Shown: positions 15,072 to 27,048 of the stretch, one piece after another
Position numbering within the stretch: position 1 is the stretch's first letter
How the letters are laid out: each line of letters begins with the position of its first letter
Source of the DNA: Azolla caroliniana
Taxonomy: Eukaryota; Plantae; Polypodiophyta
Assembly (NCBI GenBank): GCA_043228905.1
Contig: JBHGNT010000022.1
Span: forward strand, 12,152,001-12,216,000
Length of the DNA stretch: 64,000 nt
Reading direction: 5' to 3'
Position numbers and translations under genes: made by a program
Notes under the pieces: generated by a model
The model's input: only the letters and a program-made list of their open reading frames with translations
Database searches by the model: none
What the model was told of the DNA's origin: nothing

Positions 15072-18000
15072 ATGATGGTTCGAGCCCCTGACCACCATAG
15101 ACCCTCTGCAACTACCATTCCTTCGATTACAGCTACTACTGCATCTTCTTCCTTTGTGGCTCGGAAATTCAGATTCCAATTTGTATTCCTCTGTTCTCAG
15201 CTAACGTGGATCTTACCCTTGTCTCTCACCCTCACCATCTCCCTCTTCTTCTTCTTCAGTATTCGCACCACATCTCCCAGTATTCTCATCACTGAGTATC
15301 AAAATGCTACCCTCGACATCAGTACTGTCGGGTTCGCAGGCCCCCTCAAGATTCTCTCCGAGATCGATACAGAGCGAATTGAGAAAATCAGATCGAAATG
15401 GACCGAATTCTGGCCAACTGTGAAAGACGACCTCAAATCAAAAGGATTCCTTCCATCACAAGAAAGGACATGCTACATGTGGCTCCCGGATTGCCATACC
15501 ATAGCCAAGCATGAAAAAATAGTACAGGTAAATCAAATCGGTCTTATTTATATGTTTTCCTTCTCTCTCAGGGGCCAATTTTGGCCTTAGAAGACGTTAA
15601 TATATCTTTCTTGCTTTCTTTCTCTCTCTCTCTATACATATAGGTGTAGATATCCAAGTGTGTGTATATATTGTATAAATATATGTATACATGTGCCATG
15701 AATGCTCACACACATTCACACATATGTATACATATATGCTTGTATATGCATGCACACATAATAAAACACATATTGTGTGTGGCCTCACCAATAATGTATT
15801 GCAATGCTAAAGAAGAAGTGTACATGTCTGTACATATATGGGCGTCTTACGGACTAGCATGACCTCCCTTATCTAATGATGGCCCTTATGGGGCTAGGAG
15901 TTTTGTGAGTTTGCAGATCTTTGGGGGGAAGTGCTAGTATTTCTATTAACCAGTTTAATGAGACACAGTGTATATATGTGTTTTCTAATCCGAGATGCTA
16001 TGAGTATTATTTGTTAAGTTTCTGCATCAATGTTCGGTTTCCCAGCAGTAATATAATGTATTGTCAAAGAGAAGGGTGTAAATATATCTATGTATCTATC
16101 TATTGATATGTATGTATGTATGTACGTATGTTTATGTGCTAGTATATCTATGCGTGTATGATCATTTTCTCTATGATATCTTTTTTTTTTTATCAGATTG
16201 TAAAGGAGGCTATTGGACCTACTGCACTGCTCTATGGGATGAGCGTATGGAAAGGGAGAAACAATTATGAGGCTTTGCATCGGTTTCACCGAGATGGAGT
16301 TGTCACAAATGGGTGTCAGAAGACTATCAATTTTATCTCTGGAGCGAATGTTCAGCTCATAAGTCAATCTCATAAGATTCCGGAGCGCCTCTCGCAAGCT
16401 TTGCTAAGAAGCATTTTGCTCGTTGAAGATGAATCGTTAAAGTTTTCGAACAAACAGGATCAGCTTGCCTTCCTAGAACATGTGAGTAAGACTCTCTCTC
16501 TCGAAGGTCTCCTCTAGTCATCATCAGTACCATGATGAGATGTTTTAGAAATTTTCATCCTGTGATGAGATGTTTTAGACATTACGGCAGATATTAGGAC
16601 CTAAAATTATGAGCTTCTGTAATCAACATGCAGATCTCTTTGCAGTTACATGGGAAACTGTTCTAATCATAGAAAGTGGGCTCTTTCCCACATGGGAAAA
16701 TGTGAATAAATCTCTTTGGGAAAATGTAGGTAACTTGAAAGTACGTAACAGCTTGAGCCTTGTAGGCAGAGCCAAGATCCTTCCACCACCTGTGGAACTG
16801 TTCTAAACCTAGAAAGAGGGTTCTTTCCATAATGGGGAAATATGGAAAACTGGAGAAGCAGGTTCTTTCCACTTTGGAAGCAGCTTCCTCCTCTGGGGCT
16901 GGCAATCCACCTATCCCCACTGCATCCATCTTGCATGCACAAGTTCATCATGTTGAACACTCTAGGGTGGTTTTTCTTTGCTATGTGGGAAATTGTCAAA
17001 AACTCTGAAAATGAGCTCTTTTCCTCATGTGAAGACTACCAAAATGCCGTCAACTTCATCTAGCTAGGTATGCTAGAGCCGACACAAGCTATATAATATT
17101 GAACACCAGGTAAAATATGAGGGAAAGTGGGAGTCTTTTTCTCCGACATGGGAAACTGTTGGGTGGTTCTTTTCCGCATGGAAATTTTCTCAAGCTGCCT
17201 TTAGTGCTAGGTCTTTCCCACATACACAAATGTCTAAACCTGGAAACTGAATCATTCCCCACATGGAAAAATGTCGAAAAGTTGGAAAGTGGGTTCTTGG
17301 GAAAATTCAAAATTCCCGTCAGACCCTGATCTGGCTGGCAGCCCGCTTGTCCCCATCTGAGATCAGCTCATAATGAATGTTGAACATATTTAAGCAACAT
17401 GAGTGAAATTGGTTTCTTTTCTTAAAACTGAAAAGTAGCTTCTCGCCCATAATGGGAAAAACGTGGATTTCTTTCCCGGACATGGTAAAATGTGCAAAAT
17501 GCAAACTCCCAGTTGATCTGATCTACCTCTCATATCTGCATGCTAATCTTGTTGAGCATGAGGGAAAGAGCTTAATTTGATGCTATTATGGGAAAATGTT
17601 TAAAACTTCTTGTATATCATTCATGCGAATGCTCTGGCCATGTAAATTAATGTAAAACTTTTTTGGCACAGTCATTTTCAGCAAGAATCAAGAAGATGAT
17701 AAGAACACCTAATATCTGGCTAGAGAACTTGGAAATTCAGGATGGATATGGTGTCTTCTTCCATGGTGGCTCCACCTATCGAGTCGAGGAGGTTCTTGGA
17801 GATAACACTGGATTGTTGCTACAATTCATCTCAGGGGATTGCAAAGTTAGAGAACAAGGAGATTATGCATGGGGGTCACATGGAACAAGTAATGCTCTGT
17901 ACATGCCGCCAGTGCTACTTGTGGCAGGTGATTCTTCCCAATTGGGTGCTTCAAATGATGTTAGGATGAAGTTGATTCCAGATGAAAATGTCAAATTGAA

Positions 18001-18844
18001 GCCTGGTAATGGCGATGTCCTAGGAAATCTACTTGGAAGCACTAATAGTGACCCTATTGGTTATGAAAGTAACACACTTGATGAAATACATAATATAACT
18101 GTCTTTTCGGGGCTAAATGCCACAACACCGTGGGAAGAGGGGGGTATTTGGAAGTCACGTCTTGTCGGAGAAGTGTCGACCAAAATAATGGGATGGGGTA
18201 GAATCAAGCACTTCTTGCTAGGAAGCCAAAGGAAACTGGCTATGGACTTTGGCATGGTGCCGGGTGATGGTGAGCAAGTGATACTGGTGGTTCGCGAGGG
18301 GTTGCTGTATGTGAGAGCCATCAATGCTGATGAATTTCAGTTCTCGGAGATACTTGAGCTTCGACCAGGAAGCGCAGTGCTCTTATCCAAGAGACTCTTG
18401 CATGCCTTTGTGCCACTAGATCCAGAGACAGCCTTTGTTTCTTTTAGATGGCAAAATTTGTTTCTAAAGCCATGGGGTGATGATAAAAAGGCTAAGCTAC
18501 ATGATCTTGGTATAGGTGTCGGGCCTCCTAACAGCATGGTCAATGATTCCTCTCAGGCAACTCAAGGGTGTACCATTGTGCTTTCGAGTGGGCAAGCCTA
18601 TGATCCAGATAACAATGAGAATTGTGATGTTATGGTGTTTGTGGTGGAGGGTGAATTTCTTCAAATTTTGCCATCCAATGTTACCTTGCGGGCTTTTGAC
18701 GCATTGCTTATTCCTGCGAATGAGACGTGTGTTTTGTGGAACATCAGTGGCTCAACCGTGAAACTCTTTGCCATCCACATTTGCAGCTATGAAGATACCA
18801 TGCAAATCATGACTTCTTTTGGAGCGAGTGGGAAAATATTTTGA
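15072..18844 (+). CDS. Uncharacterised ~637-aa protein: N-terminal TM anchor, PhyH-like Fe(II)/2OG dioxygenase-like region and C-terminal cupin-like domains; 3 exons
   Basis: Exons 15072-15527, 16197-16481 and 17672-18844 joined by GT-AG phase-0 introns with no stops. Hydrophobic LTWILPLSLTLTISLFFFF; FHRD (HxD), LISQSH and GVFFHGGSTY motifs; cupin-like VILVVREG...LRPGSAVLL...LLHAF and VFVVEGE...LRAFDALLIPANE. Gene model is solid; domain calls are inference. Confidence 0.7.
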
Positions 18845-20321
18845 TCCATTCTTGGCGAAGACGACTAAAAATCTACTCTTGCAGCTAAATTCTTGGATTA
18901 ATTCGGGGCCGAAAATCGACCTCTTTTCTACGCATCGAAAGAAATGGAGTGTCCAAGCGAAGAAGTGTGTTTGGCAAATGCAAGTCTATTTGTTTGGCAG
19001 AAGGATATTTGTCTATTCATAGAATTGTTTACAGAGCGAGTGCCATCATTTTTTGGCCGCTTGTTCGCGAATCTAACATAAAAGGGAGATTGGCGAAACA
19101 ACGGAAGTGAAGAGGATAGGATGGAGTGGGTGAGGTTTTGTGCTTCTATATCCATTTTCTTTCATGTTGTTATGTATTGGGTGAGGTTCGCGTATTCACG
19201 AGCGAGTCTTATCCACCATTCATTTTATTATTATTATTATTTTTATATTTTATTTCTCCATGTATCATGCACAATTTTTTTTTATGCATTTTGGGAAGCT
19301 ATAGTTTCGGTTACCTTCGTTTGCTTTTTGCTTTTTTATATTTGAGCATTTACTCTCTCGGGCTTTAGATATCAGCTTCCAACGATCCAACGATTTAAAG
19401 GATTTGGTTGATTCCTTTCTTGTCATCTACACAAGAAGCTTTGTGCCTCCCACAAAGACTGAGTGTTTGGAGGTGTATGGCCGTTTCTCATCCATTGGAT
19501 GATGCTCTCATATGGAATTAATTATCATTGTATATATGTGTGAGTATGTATGACATTTATGTGTATGCATTTTTGTGTATGTGCACCTATAAGGATGTCT
19601 TACAGCCTTGAGCCCTTATTGCACCTCTAGGCAAGAAATGGTAAGTTAAGAAAATTTGATAGTAGTCAAATGGAACTTTTTTAAGTCATGGAGAAAAGGG
19701 CAACGGAAAACCTAAATCTAGAACAAATTGAGAACTGAGGGGGATGATATTTATGCGATCAAGGGATGGTATGCCTTGTTATATATATGATATGTAGAAA
19801 ACCTACAATATGAAGAAACACCCATCTAGTATTCTTGAGTTCTTTTGCATCCTCATAAGCTATTTTGGTTTTGATGAATTCATTGCTCGTGTGCTATTAT
19901 TAAGCTCTTTGATGAGCGGGCAGATGCATTGAATAGGAAATATGGGTTTAACGTGAACTTGTCATCGATCTCTTATGGCATAACATAAACTTGAAGTCAC
20001 TATGACCAAGTTAGCAAACCGATAGGATTTTGGCTCTAGTTCAAAAAGAAATACAAATTTAAAACTGATAAAAAATTAAAGAGTATGTATCCTTAATTCT
20101 TATTTTCCAACTTTGTCAATGTTTACCATAAGATCTAAAATAGGTTTCTCCTACTCGTGCAAGGGTTTTAGAAAGGTCTTTGTTACTTCACCCAAAGCTT
20201 TTAGATGAAGTAGGACAAGCGCTATGCCAATGATCATCTTCTTTAATGCTCATGTAAGTTATAAATTTGCCGAAATTTCTGTAACTTATGTATGGGTAAT
20301 AACGAATGTAATATCCACAAA

Positions 20322-20865
20322 TAGCTATGGGCTTGATTTTGCCTAAAACCAAACTGAACTGTTAAGCCATGGTTTAAAGGTTTATTAGTTCCAAAAAAAT
20401 TAAATGGTTTGAATTATTATTAAATGGTTTGGTTTTAGTTAGGTTTGGTTCTAAAATTGGGGTTTATTGGATTATAGGTTTAGGTGGTTTGGTTTAAAGG
20501 TTTTTGGGCTAACTTTTTTTATCCCTTAAATCTTTATGTAATTTAATGGTTTAAGTAATGTATTTTATTGATTAAATTCATTTAAGTTAAATGTTTATTT
20601 AATCTAATGGTTTAATTAAACTTTATTTATTTAATTAATTATTTAACATAAATGCTTATTTATTTGAGTGCATTTTTATTTATTTAATTTTTTAATTAAT
20701 TTGGCTTAAAATGGTTTAAACTTTTATTAAATGGTTCGGTTTGGTTTCAACTTTTCCCTAAATGGTTTTAGTTTAAATGGCTTGAAAGTTCATAAACAAT
20801 TTGGTTTGGTTTAGTTTGGTTTGGTTTCAAGGCAAAGAAACCGAACCGAATCGGGTCCATTGCTA
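20322..20865. mobile_element. AT-rich hAT-type MITE
   Basis: Ends TAGCTATGGGC / GTCCATTGCTA (imperfect TIR), subterminal GGTTT/AAACC repeats, 8-bp TSD tccacaaa / tccataaa. Confidence 0.75.
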
Positions 20866-21007
20866 TCCATAAACAATATTTGGTTTTGAGTCATGTTTGT
20901 AGAATGTATATTTGTGTTCCTAGACCTATTTGCCCTTATTTATTCTCGTGTGAATTGAGGTCTCTTGCCGAAGAAGACATCAAAATCTCCACCGACGAGG
21001 AACGAAT

Positions 21008-21079
21008 CTCCTCGGATAGGACTTAAACCTACAACCAATTAGTTACCAACCGACCGCTCTACCATTGAGCTATCGAGGA
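21008..21079 (-). pseudogene. trnN: Degenerate organelle-type tRNA-Asn (trnN-GUU) insertion
   Basis: Reverse complement TCCTCGATAGCTCAATGGTAGAGCGGTCGGTTGGTAACTAATTGGTTGTAGGTTTAAGTCCTATCCGAGGAG resembles plastid trnN-GUU as I recall it; anticodon and T-loop are mutated. Confidence 0.65.
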
Positions 21080-22299
21080 AAAGTAGGAAATTTTGCTTCA
21101 CAAACAACAAAAGACCCTTTTTATTTCTAGATTATCATTTTTGTTACTTATATACTACTTTATAACTAGCATGGCATCTACAATGTTTAGTTTTGTGTCA
21201 TATCTATTGATGCATGTTTGTGATCTCAAAACTTAGTGAGGTTTTTTTTGGAAAAAAAAAAAAAAAACTTAGTGAGGTTGTAGTCAATATGTTGGGAATA
21301 GGCTCCACTATTTTAATGTGCATACAAAACTCATGGAGTCCAATTCACATCTACGCTATTGAGAGTAGATGAGTAGAAGGAAGTGCGTTGCATGTTTGAA
21401 ATTCAACTCCAAGGTACACATTTCTTGTTAGTAATTGAATCATGACTATAATGATCATGCGGCACGTGTGTGAAGCCACAATTAGTGACACAATGAAAAA
21501 TTCAATCTTGTACTAATTTGGCATTGCCTTTACAGTCTAGCGAGAAATGAAACTTCAAATGAAAAGTGGTAAAATATTAGAGATTACGTTTGACATTAAA
21601 CTTTCAAGATTGTCAATGTTTACCATAGGGTTTTAAAATGGTAAATTGTAATGGTGTAAGTGCTATAAAATGATGTGCATGAGTTCAAATCCTACAATTG
21701 TCAATTGTCTAATCATTGTAAGGAAAAGAATGTACCCTGTTTTTTTGGAACAATTATTAGATAGAAGAATATGACCATCCTAGTGTATAGAGACAATGTT
21801 TTGTTTTGTTTTATAGGTATACGTGTTTGTGTTTCCCAAATATGTAGTGAGGTCATGAGCATGCTAGGGATAGGCTATATTATTGTACTTTGCATACAAA
21901 GGTCATTGAGAAGAAACAACTTTTGACTTACGAAGGAGAATTGATTAAAAAGAATATCTCATCATAAATTTGTGTTTAAAGTAGTCAAGAAGAAACCACT
22001 TTTGGCTAATCAACGAGAGTTGATAAAAAAAAACTCATTATAAATTTTGTTTAAGGTATAAATTTGAATGGCGAGTTATCATCATGTCGTCTTGAAGTTC
22101 ATGTTTAAGGACAAGCCGGCTAGCCAATTTAGTTCGTGTCCCACTCGACTAGAACAAATTCAGGTGAGCCAGTTCGTTGCACCCTCCTACTGTTTATGGT
22201 CACCTCCAGGCAGAATCCCCAATCACACAAATGTAGAATGACATCCACATTCGGCTCATCAGAGATGAGTCTCACAATGTTTGACAGATTGAACTTCAA

Positions 22300-22731
22300 C
22301 TTCGCAAATGCAAGATTATTTGATAGTAAAGGGTTAGATCGACCCAATTGAGAATGAAAATGCTCCAAAAGGACACAAGCCAAATGAGTGGATGAAGTTG
22401 GACTGAATTGTCCGCGCCACCATTCGGATGCACCTATCTGAATCCGTCTACTACACAGTATACTCGTGTACGACAACTTTTGAACTATGAAAAACATTGT
22501 CGGACACTTACGAGAAGAAGGTAGCAGTCACCGAGATATATTTGATCCGGCATCTCAATAACCTTAAGATGAAAGAGTCCGATTCAGTCCAGGCACACCT
22601 CAACGAGTACAAAAGTTTAAACTCCCAAATTTCGGCTTAGGGGACGATGATTGAAGATGAGTTGAAAGTTGTGTTGCTAATGATTAGGCTCCCCCCTTCA
22701 TGGGAAACTTTCATCACCACCGTGTGCAATG
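22300..22731 (+). mobile_element. Copia gag remnant
   Basis: TLSDTYEKK...LKMKESDSVQAHLNEY...LPPSWETFITTVCN (UBN2-type gag) with stops. Confidence 0.7.
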
Positions 22732-23020
22732 TGTTGAATGTTGATGTTTATGCAACTTGTTGAGGACTTGTGATTGAGTCAAGCAAGACAACACAGATAA
22801 CTAGAAAGAAGAATATTTGTGTGCTGTTACAAAGAAGAATAGACAACTGTTACATAGAGTAGCTCAAAGTAGACTATCTTACATTACCATCGAGTTGTAT
22901 TACAATACAGAGTCTCTCACATATATAGTTAGGGTAACTTAGCCCTAACTATGAGGACATGTTCACACTAGAGTTACAATATTTGGGTGGAGTTGGCCTT
23001 TTACGCCAACAAACTCCCCC
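22732..23020 (-). mobile_element. LTR with adjacent polypurine tract
   Basis: TGTTG...CAACA ends (22732-23011), followed by aactccccc (PPT on - strand). Confidence 0.55.
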
Positions 23021-23098
23021 GTAAAAGGACTAATTCGTTAATCATACAATTTAGTGGGGTTATCTTCCCCGTAAGTCTAAATTACATTTCAAGTTTAA

Positions 23099-23490
23099 AC
23101 TACTAGGTAATCATTGTCTCGTAGTTAGTGTCAGTCGCTCATATGAGCATTGAAGTACATAGTACTTCTATCAGTCCTTTTGAGGACTTGTATAAATAGT
23201 GATGTTTAGCACATTGTAGGTACATAGTGTTTTTATTATTTTGAATCTACGTTTACGTTCTGCTCTCTCTGTCTCTCCTGCGTATACTCTCTGTGTATTA
23301 AGCTTCTCCATTAATCCTTCATCTTATTCTCTATTGCTATCTGGTTGAGCCGGTTCTGTCTAACGCTTCTGCACGTTAACATTCACAAGTCGGAATGAGC
23401 CTTGTATTCGTGATAAAGCAGAAGGCCAATTTGATGGCGTCGAGCACCTCGAAACCGAAGGAGGTCTGGTATGTAGATCTTGGCGCATGT
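23099..23490 (+). mobile_element. Truncated LTR of the same Copia family as 27049-27500, joined to a protease-region fragment
   Basis: 23099-23387 aligns closely with 27215-27500, ending attcaca; followed by KANLMASSTSKPKEVWYVDLGA. Confidence 0.8.
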
Positions 23491-23624
23491 TACCACACAA
23501 GATGTACGAGAGATTTACAAGTGTGATGAGTGAGGGTGAAAGACTTAATGTTGTTGTTGTGTAATTCTGAATGTGCGTAAGTGTCAAACGTTTAGGCAAC
23601 GAGTTGACTTCGTCAACGGAAACG

Positions 23625-24560
23625 GATGAGGTGGTCGAGTTGGTCTAAGGCACCAAATTACGGTTCTACTCTGAAAGGGTATGGGTTCAAATCCCAATCT
23701 CATCATCGATGTAAAATAAACATGTAACATTTCAACAACAAGTTGATAGGGTCTAGATTAAAATTCTCGTTCGAAAGGGCGCACGTTCAAATCCCATACT
23801 CAATGTAAAATGAACATGTAACTTTTAGGCAACGAGTTGACATGGTCTAGATTAAAGTTCTCGTCCGAAAGGAACTAAGCTGCATTGGTCTAAGCCGCTA
23901 GATTAAGGGCATGAGCTCAAATCCAATGTCATCATCAATGTAAAATGAACATGTAACATTTAGGCTATGGGCTGATATTGTAAACGGAAAATAGATGAGG
24001 TGGCCAAGTTTTTCTAAGGCGATATATTAAGAGCATGGGTTCAAATCCCACCATCATCATCGATGTAAAATGAACATGTATTGTTTAGGAAACGAGTTGA
24101 TATAAAAAGGGAAGTGGATGAGGTGGCCGAGATGGATTAAGGGCATGTGTTCAAATCTCACCATCATCATCGATGTAAAATGAACATGTAACGTTTAGGA
24201 AACGAGTTGATATAAAAAACAGAAGTGGATAAGGTGGCCGAGTTGGTCTAAGGCGCTAGTTTAAGGTTCTAGTCCGAAAGGGCATGGTTTCAAATCCCAC
24301 TCTCATCATCGACCTAAAATGAATATGTAAATTTAGGCAATGAGTTGACTATGTAACACGATAAGTGGATGAGGTGGCCAAGTTTGTCTAAAGCGCTCGA
24401 TTAAGTTTCTAGTCCGAAAGGGCGTGGGTTCAAACCCCACTCTCATCATCGATGTAAAATGAACATGTAACTTTTAGGCTACGAGCTGATATCGTAAATG
24501 GACATGGATGAGGTGGCCGAGTTTGTCTAAGGCGCTAGATTAAGGTGCTAGTTCAGAAAG
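23625..24560 (+). pseudogene. Left, degenerate block of the tRNA-Leu(AAG) array (~8 units)
   Basis: Units at ~23625, 23750, 23845, 23994, 24117, 24228, 24368 and 24507, with internal deletions and the shared spacer tcgatgtaaaatgaacatgtaac. Confidence 0.85.
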
Positions 24561-24565
24561 TCGAG

Positions 24566-25045
24566 TGTTACCCGTATAGGTGTAATGTGGAAGGTGTGTA
24601 AGGTGTAATATGAAATGTTAATGTGTGAGTGTTAGGTGGGGTAAGTAGGTGTAGGTACATTGACTCGGCTTTTTGTAATGAGAAGATCTTGTATTATTTA
24701 AAACCCCACCCGTGGGGCATGAAAAAAGGAGAAATAATATTGAAGTTACCCTCAACTTGTGTATCAGTCTCAATTCCCTCTCTCTCATTCATTCTCACTC
24801 ACTCTCTCTGTGCATCTCTCCCTCCCTCCTCTCACATTCGAACCCCCTTGGGAGGGGGGTGGAGCCGATCTGTCTGTCTATCTGTCTCTCCTTCTATGCA
24901 TGTCTGTGTCTTTGTTAGGAAGTGGTGTGTGTGGACTCTCTCTATGAGAGCCAATCTGCGATGGCTATGGCGACGGAGCAAGAAGAACACCTATTAGATA
25001 TGAAAAAATGGTTTGATAAAGAAGCCCTAAATCAAGTGAAAGGTA
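24566..25045 (+). mobile_element. Probable LTR-element 5' fragment (short LTR, PBS-like site, gag start)
   Basis: Starts TGTTAC just after a truncated tRNA unit; TATA-like tatttaaaa; ...tcaac tt gtgtatcag PBS-like; short MAMATEQEEHLLDMKKWF frame. Confidence 0.4.
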
Positions 25046-27048
25046 CATTCTCTCTCCCTCCCTTTCTGTCTCTCTCTTCCCGTAGGGTTTGTCCCTACAA
25101 TGGCAAACACTCGAAACGCCGCCGCAAAGTTCGGGGGTGTGATTGATAATGAGCTAAGATCACCAACAAATCTCGATTCCAATGCAATGGACAAAATGCT
25201 TATGAGTCACTTGATTTCTCTTCAAGAAACCATAAGCAAGCAAGGTGAAGAGATTAGGACGTTAATGAAAGAGAATGCTAAGCTCCAAATTGTTGCAAAA
25301 CTTCGAGAAGAGATTCAAGAATGTAAAAGAGCTTCTTTCGAAACAAATGAGCGCCTTAACAAGATTGAGTTAAAGGAAGCATTAAAAGAAGAAAAATTGG
25401 ACATGATGAGGCAGGATGTAAGTGAGATGAAAAATGTATGTACAACGAAGTCATGGGCCGATGTATGTGGTGGGGATGTGGTATCAAACTCATCTAAAAT
25501 GCATGTGATGCATCAAGAGAAGAATATAGAAAACATAGATGTTCGAGAATTGAAAGAACGTGAACGATAATCAAAGAACATTGTTGTCCGTGGGATTAAA
25601 GAAGAGAGTATGGAAACACTCGCATCCCTTGGAAAGGTCATTGGTGAATTTTTTAGCATGCATTATGGGATGTCAGATGTGAATGTATATGGGGCACACC
25701 GAGTTGGGAAACATGGTGTTACTCGCTCCGGAGAAAGGCCTATTGTACGCACAATGACAGATGATACAAAGCGGCGGATCATACTCGAAAATAGTTGGGT
25801 ATACCTCAAAGGTACGAATGCTTTGTGAGTGAAGATCATACTATCTCACAACAAAATGCTCGTCATAAAGCATATGAAGAAAGATTGAAAAATAAGGTTA
25901 AGGATGTGCCTAAAGATGGAAATGTAGGCAAATAGGGACATGTGACCTATGAAACTAACCCACGCCTTTTACGACTATGCTTTTGGAATTGCAATGGATA
26001 CCCATGGAATGCGGGATTTGGCATAGAGGAGTTCACCGATGACTCAGATATCACACTTCTTGTTGAAACATGGGAGCATGATACTCAAAAGATTCAAGGT
26101 TTAGGAAACTATAATGTACACTCTTTGATATGGAAGAAAAATCCAAGACAAAGAAGAGGACAAGGAGGGGTGGCATGTTTGATTAAGAAGTGTAAAGAAT
26201 CAAGAGATGGATTCTTGTGAAGCGGAATAGGTGTGAACTGTGTGTGTATGTGTGTATGAGATAGAGAGAGAGACACACACACAGAGTATACGCAAGGTTA
26301 AGTATATTAGCAAAGGAGAAAGACTCAACATTTTACAAGGTGGGAGGAGGGTGCTTTATGTAGTCACCCTCTCTCTTCATTAACTACAAGGCTCATGGAG
26401 CATGGGGAATGTGAAAGCTCATAAGTTATGTGTCATAGAATATGATTCTATGACTCATACTAAATGCTAGAATACAAAGTGGTGACATAATGGTGACTCT
26501 TGACTGTTGGAGTGTCTCTTCACTCTCAAGGTGAGTTCACACACTAGACCAAGTTGAGCTTGATTCTCAACAAGAAGGAAATAGAGAAATATGTGTCAAT
26601 CATAAAAAATGATGAACATAAATGCTACATATGGCTCAAAATAGAAACACCTAATGATTTGCCCACTTTTGTAGTTGGATGTTACATTCCTCATCAAGAT
26701 TCTAACTTTTATGCTTGTTTGGATAAAGATCAACCTTTTGCCAATCTAGAAGATGATATTGCTGATTTCAAATCCAAAGGGGAAGTTATTGTCTTTGGTG
26801 ACATGAATACTCGTACAAGAAGTTTCCAACTTTATTCACAAGAATATTACATGCCACATATCTCAAGGATGCAAGAGGATATGCAAATTATAGCTACTCT
26901 TCTAGCGATGAAAAAGATCCGGACCAATTTGGGAAATTACTCCTACAAATGTGCAATAGTACCGGATTGCTTACTGCAAATGGTATTTCCTTATGGCCCA
27001 ACACTAATGGTTTTACATGTAGAAAACACAACGGAAATAGTGTGATCG
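25046..27048 (+). mobile_element. LINE retrotransposon 5' part: ORF1 and APE endonuclease of ORF2 (pseudogenised)
   Basis: ORF1 25100-~25935 (coiled coil, SWADV, NIVVRGIKE, AHRVGK); endonuclease motifs WNCNG, LVETW, GGVACLIKK, GCYIP, FGDMN, NG...FT. Confidence 0.9.
26191..26572. mobile_element. Solo LTR (382 bp) inserted in LINE ORF2
   Basis: TGTAAAGAATC...GATTCTCAACA termini with perfect 5-bp TSD AGAAG on both sides; removal restores ...LIKK|EIEKYV. Confidence 0.9.

Noticed and set aside
21630-21705. Possible tRNA-Leu 3' remnant (gcatgagttcaaatcctacaattgtca)
   Set aside because: Only a T-arm-like stretch; no recoverable 5' half or anticodon arm
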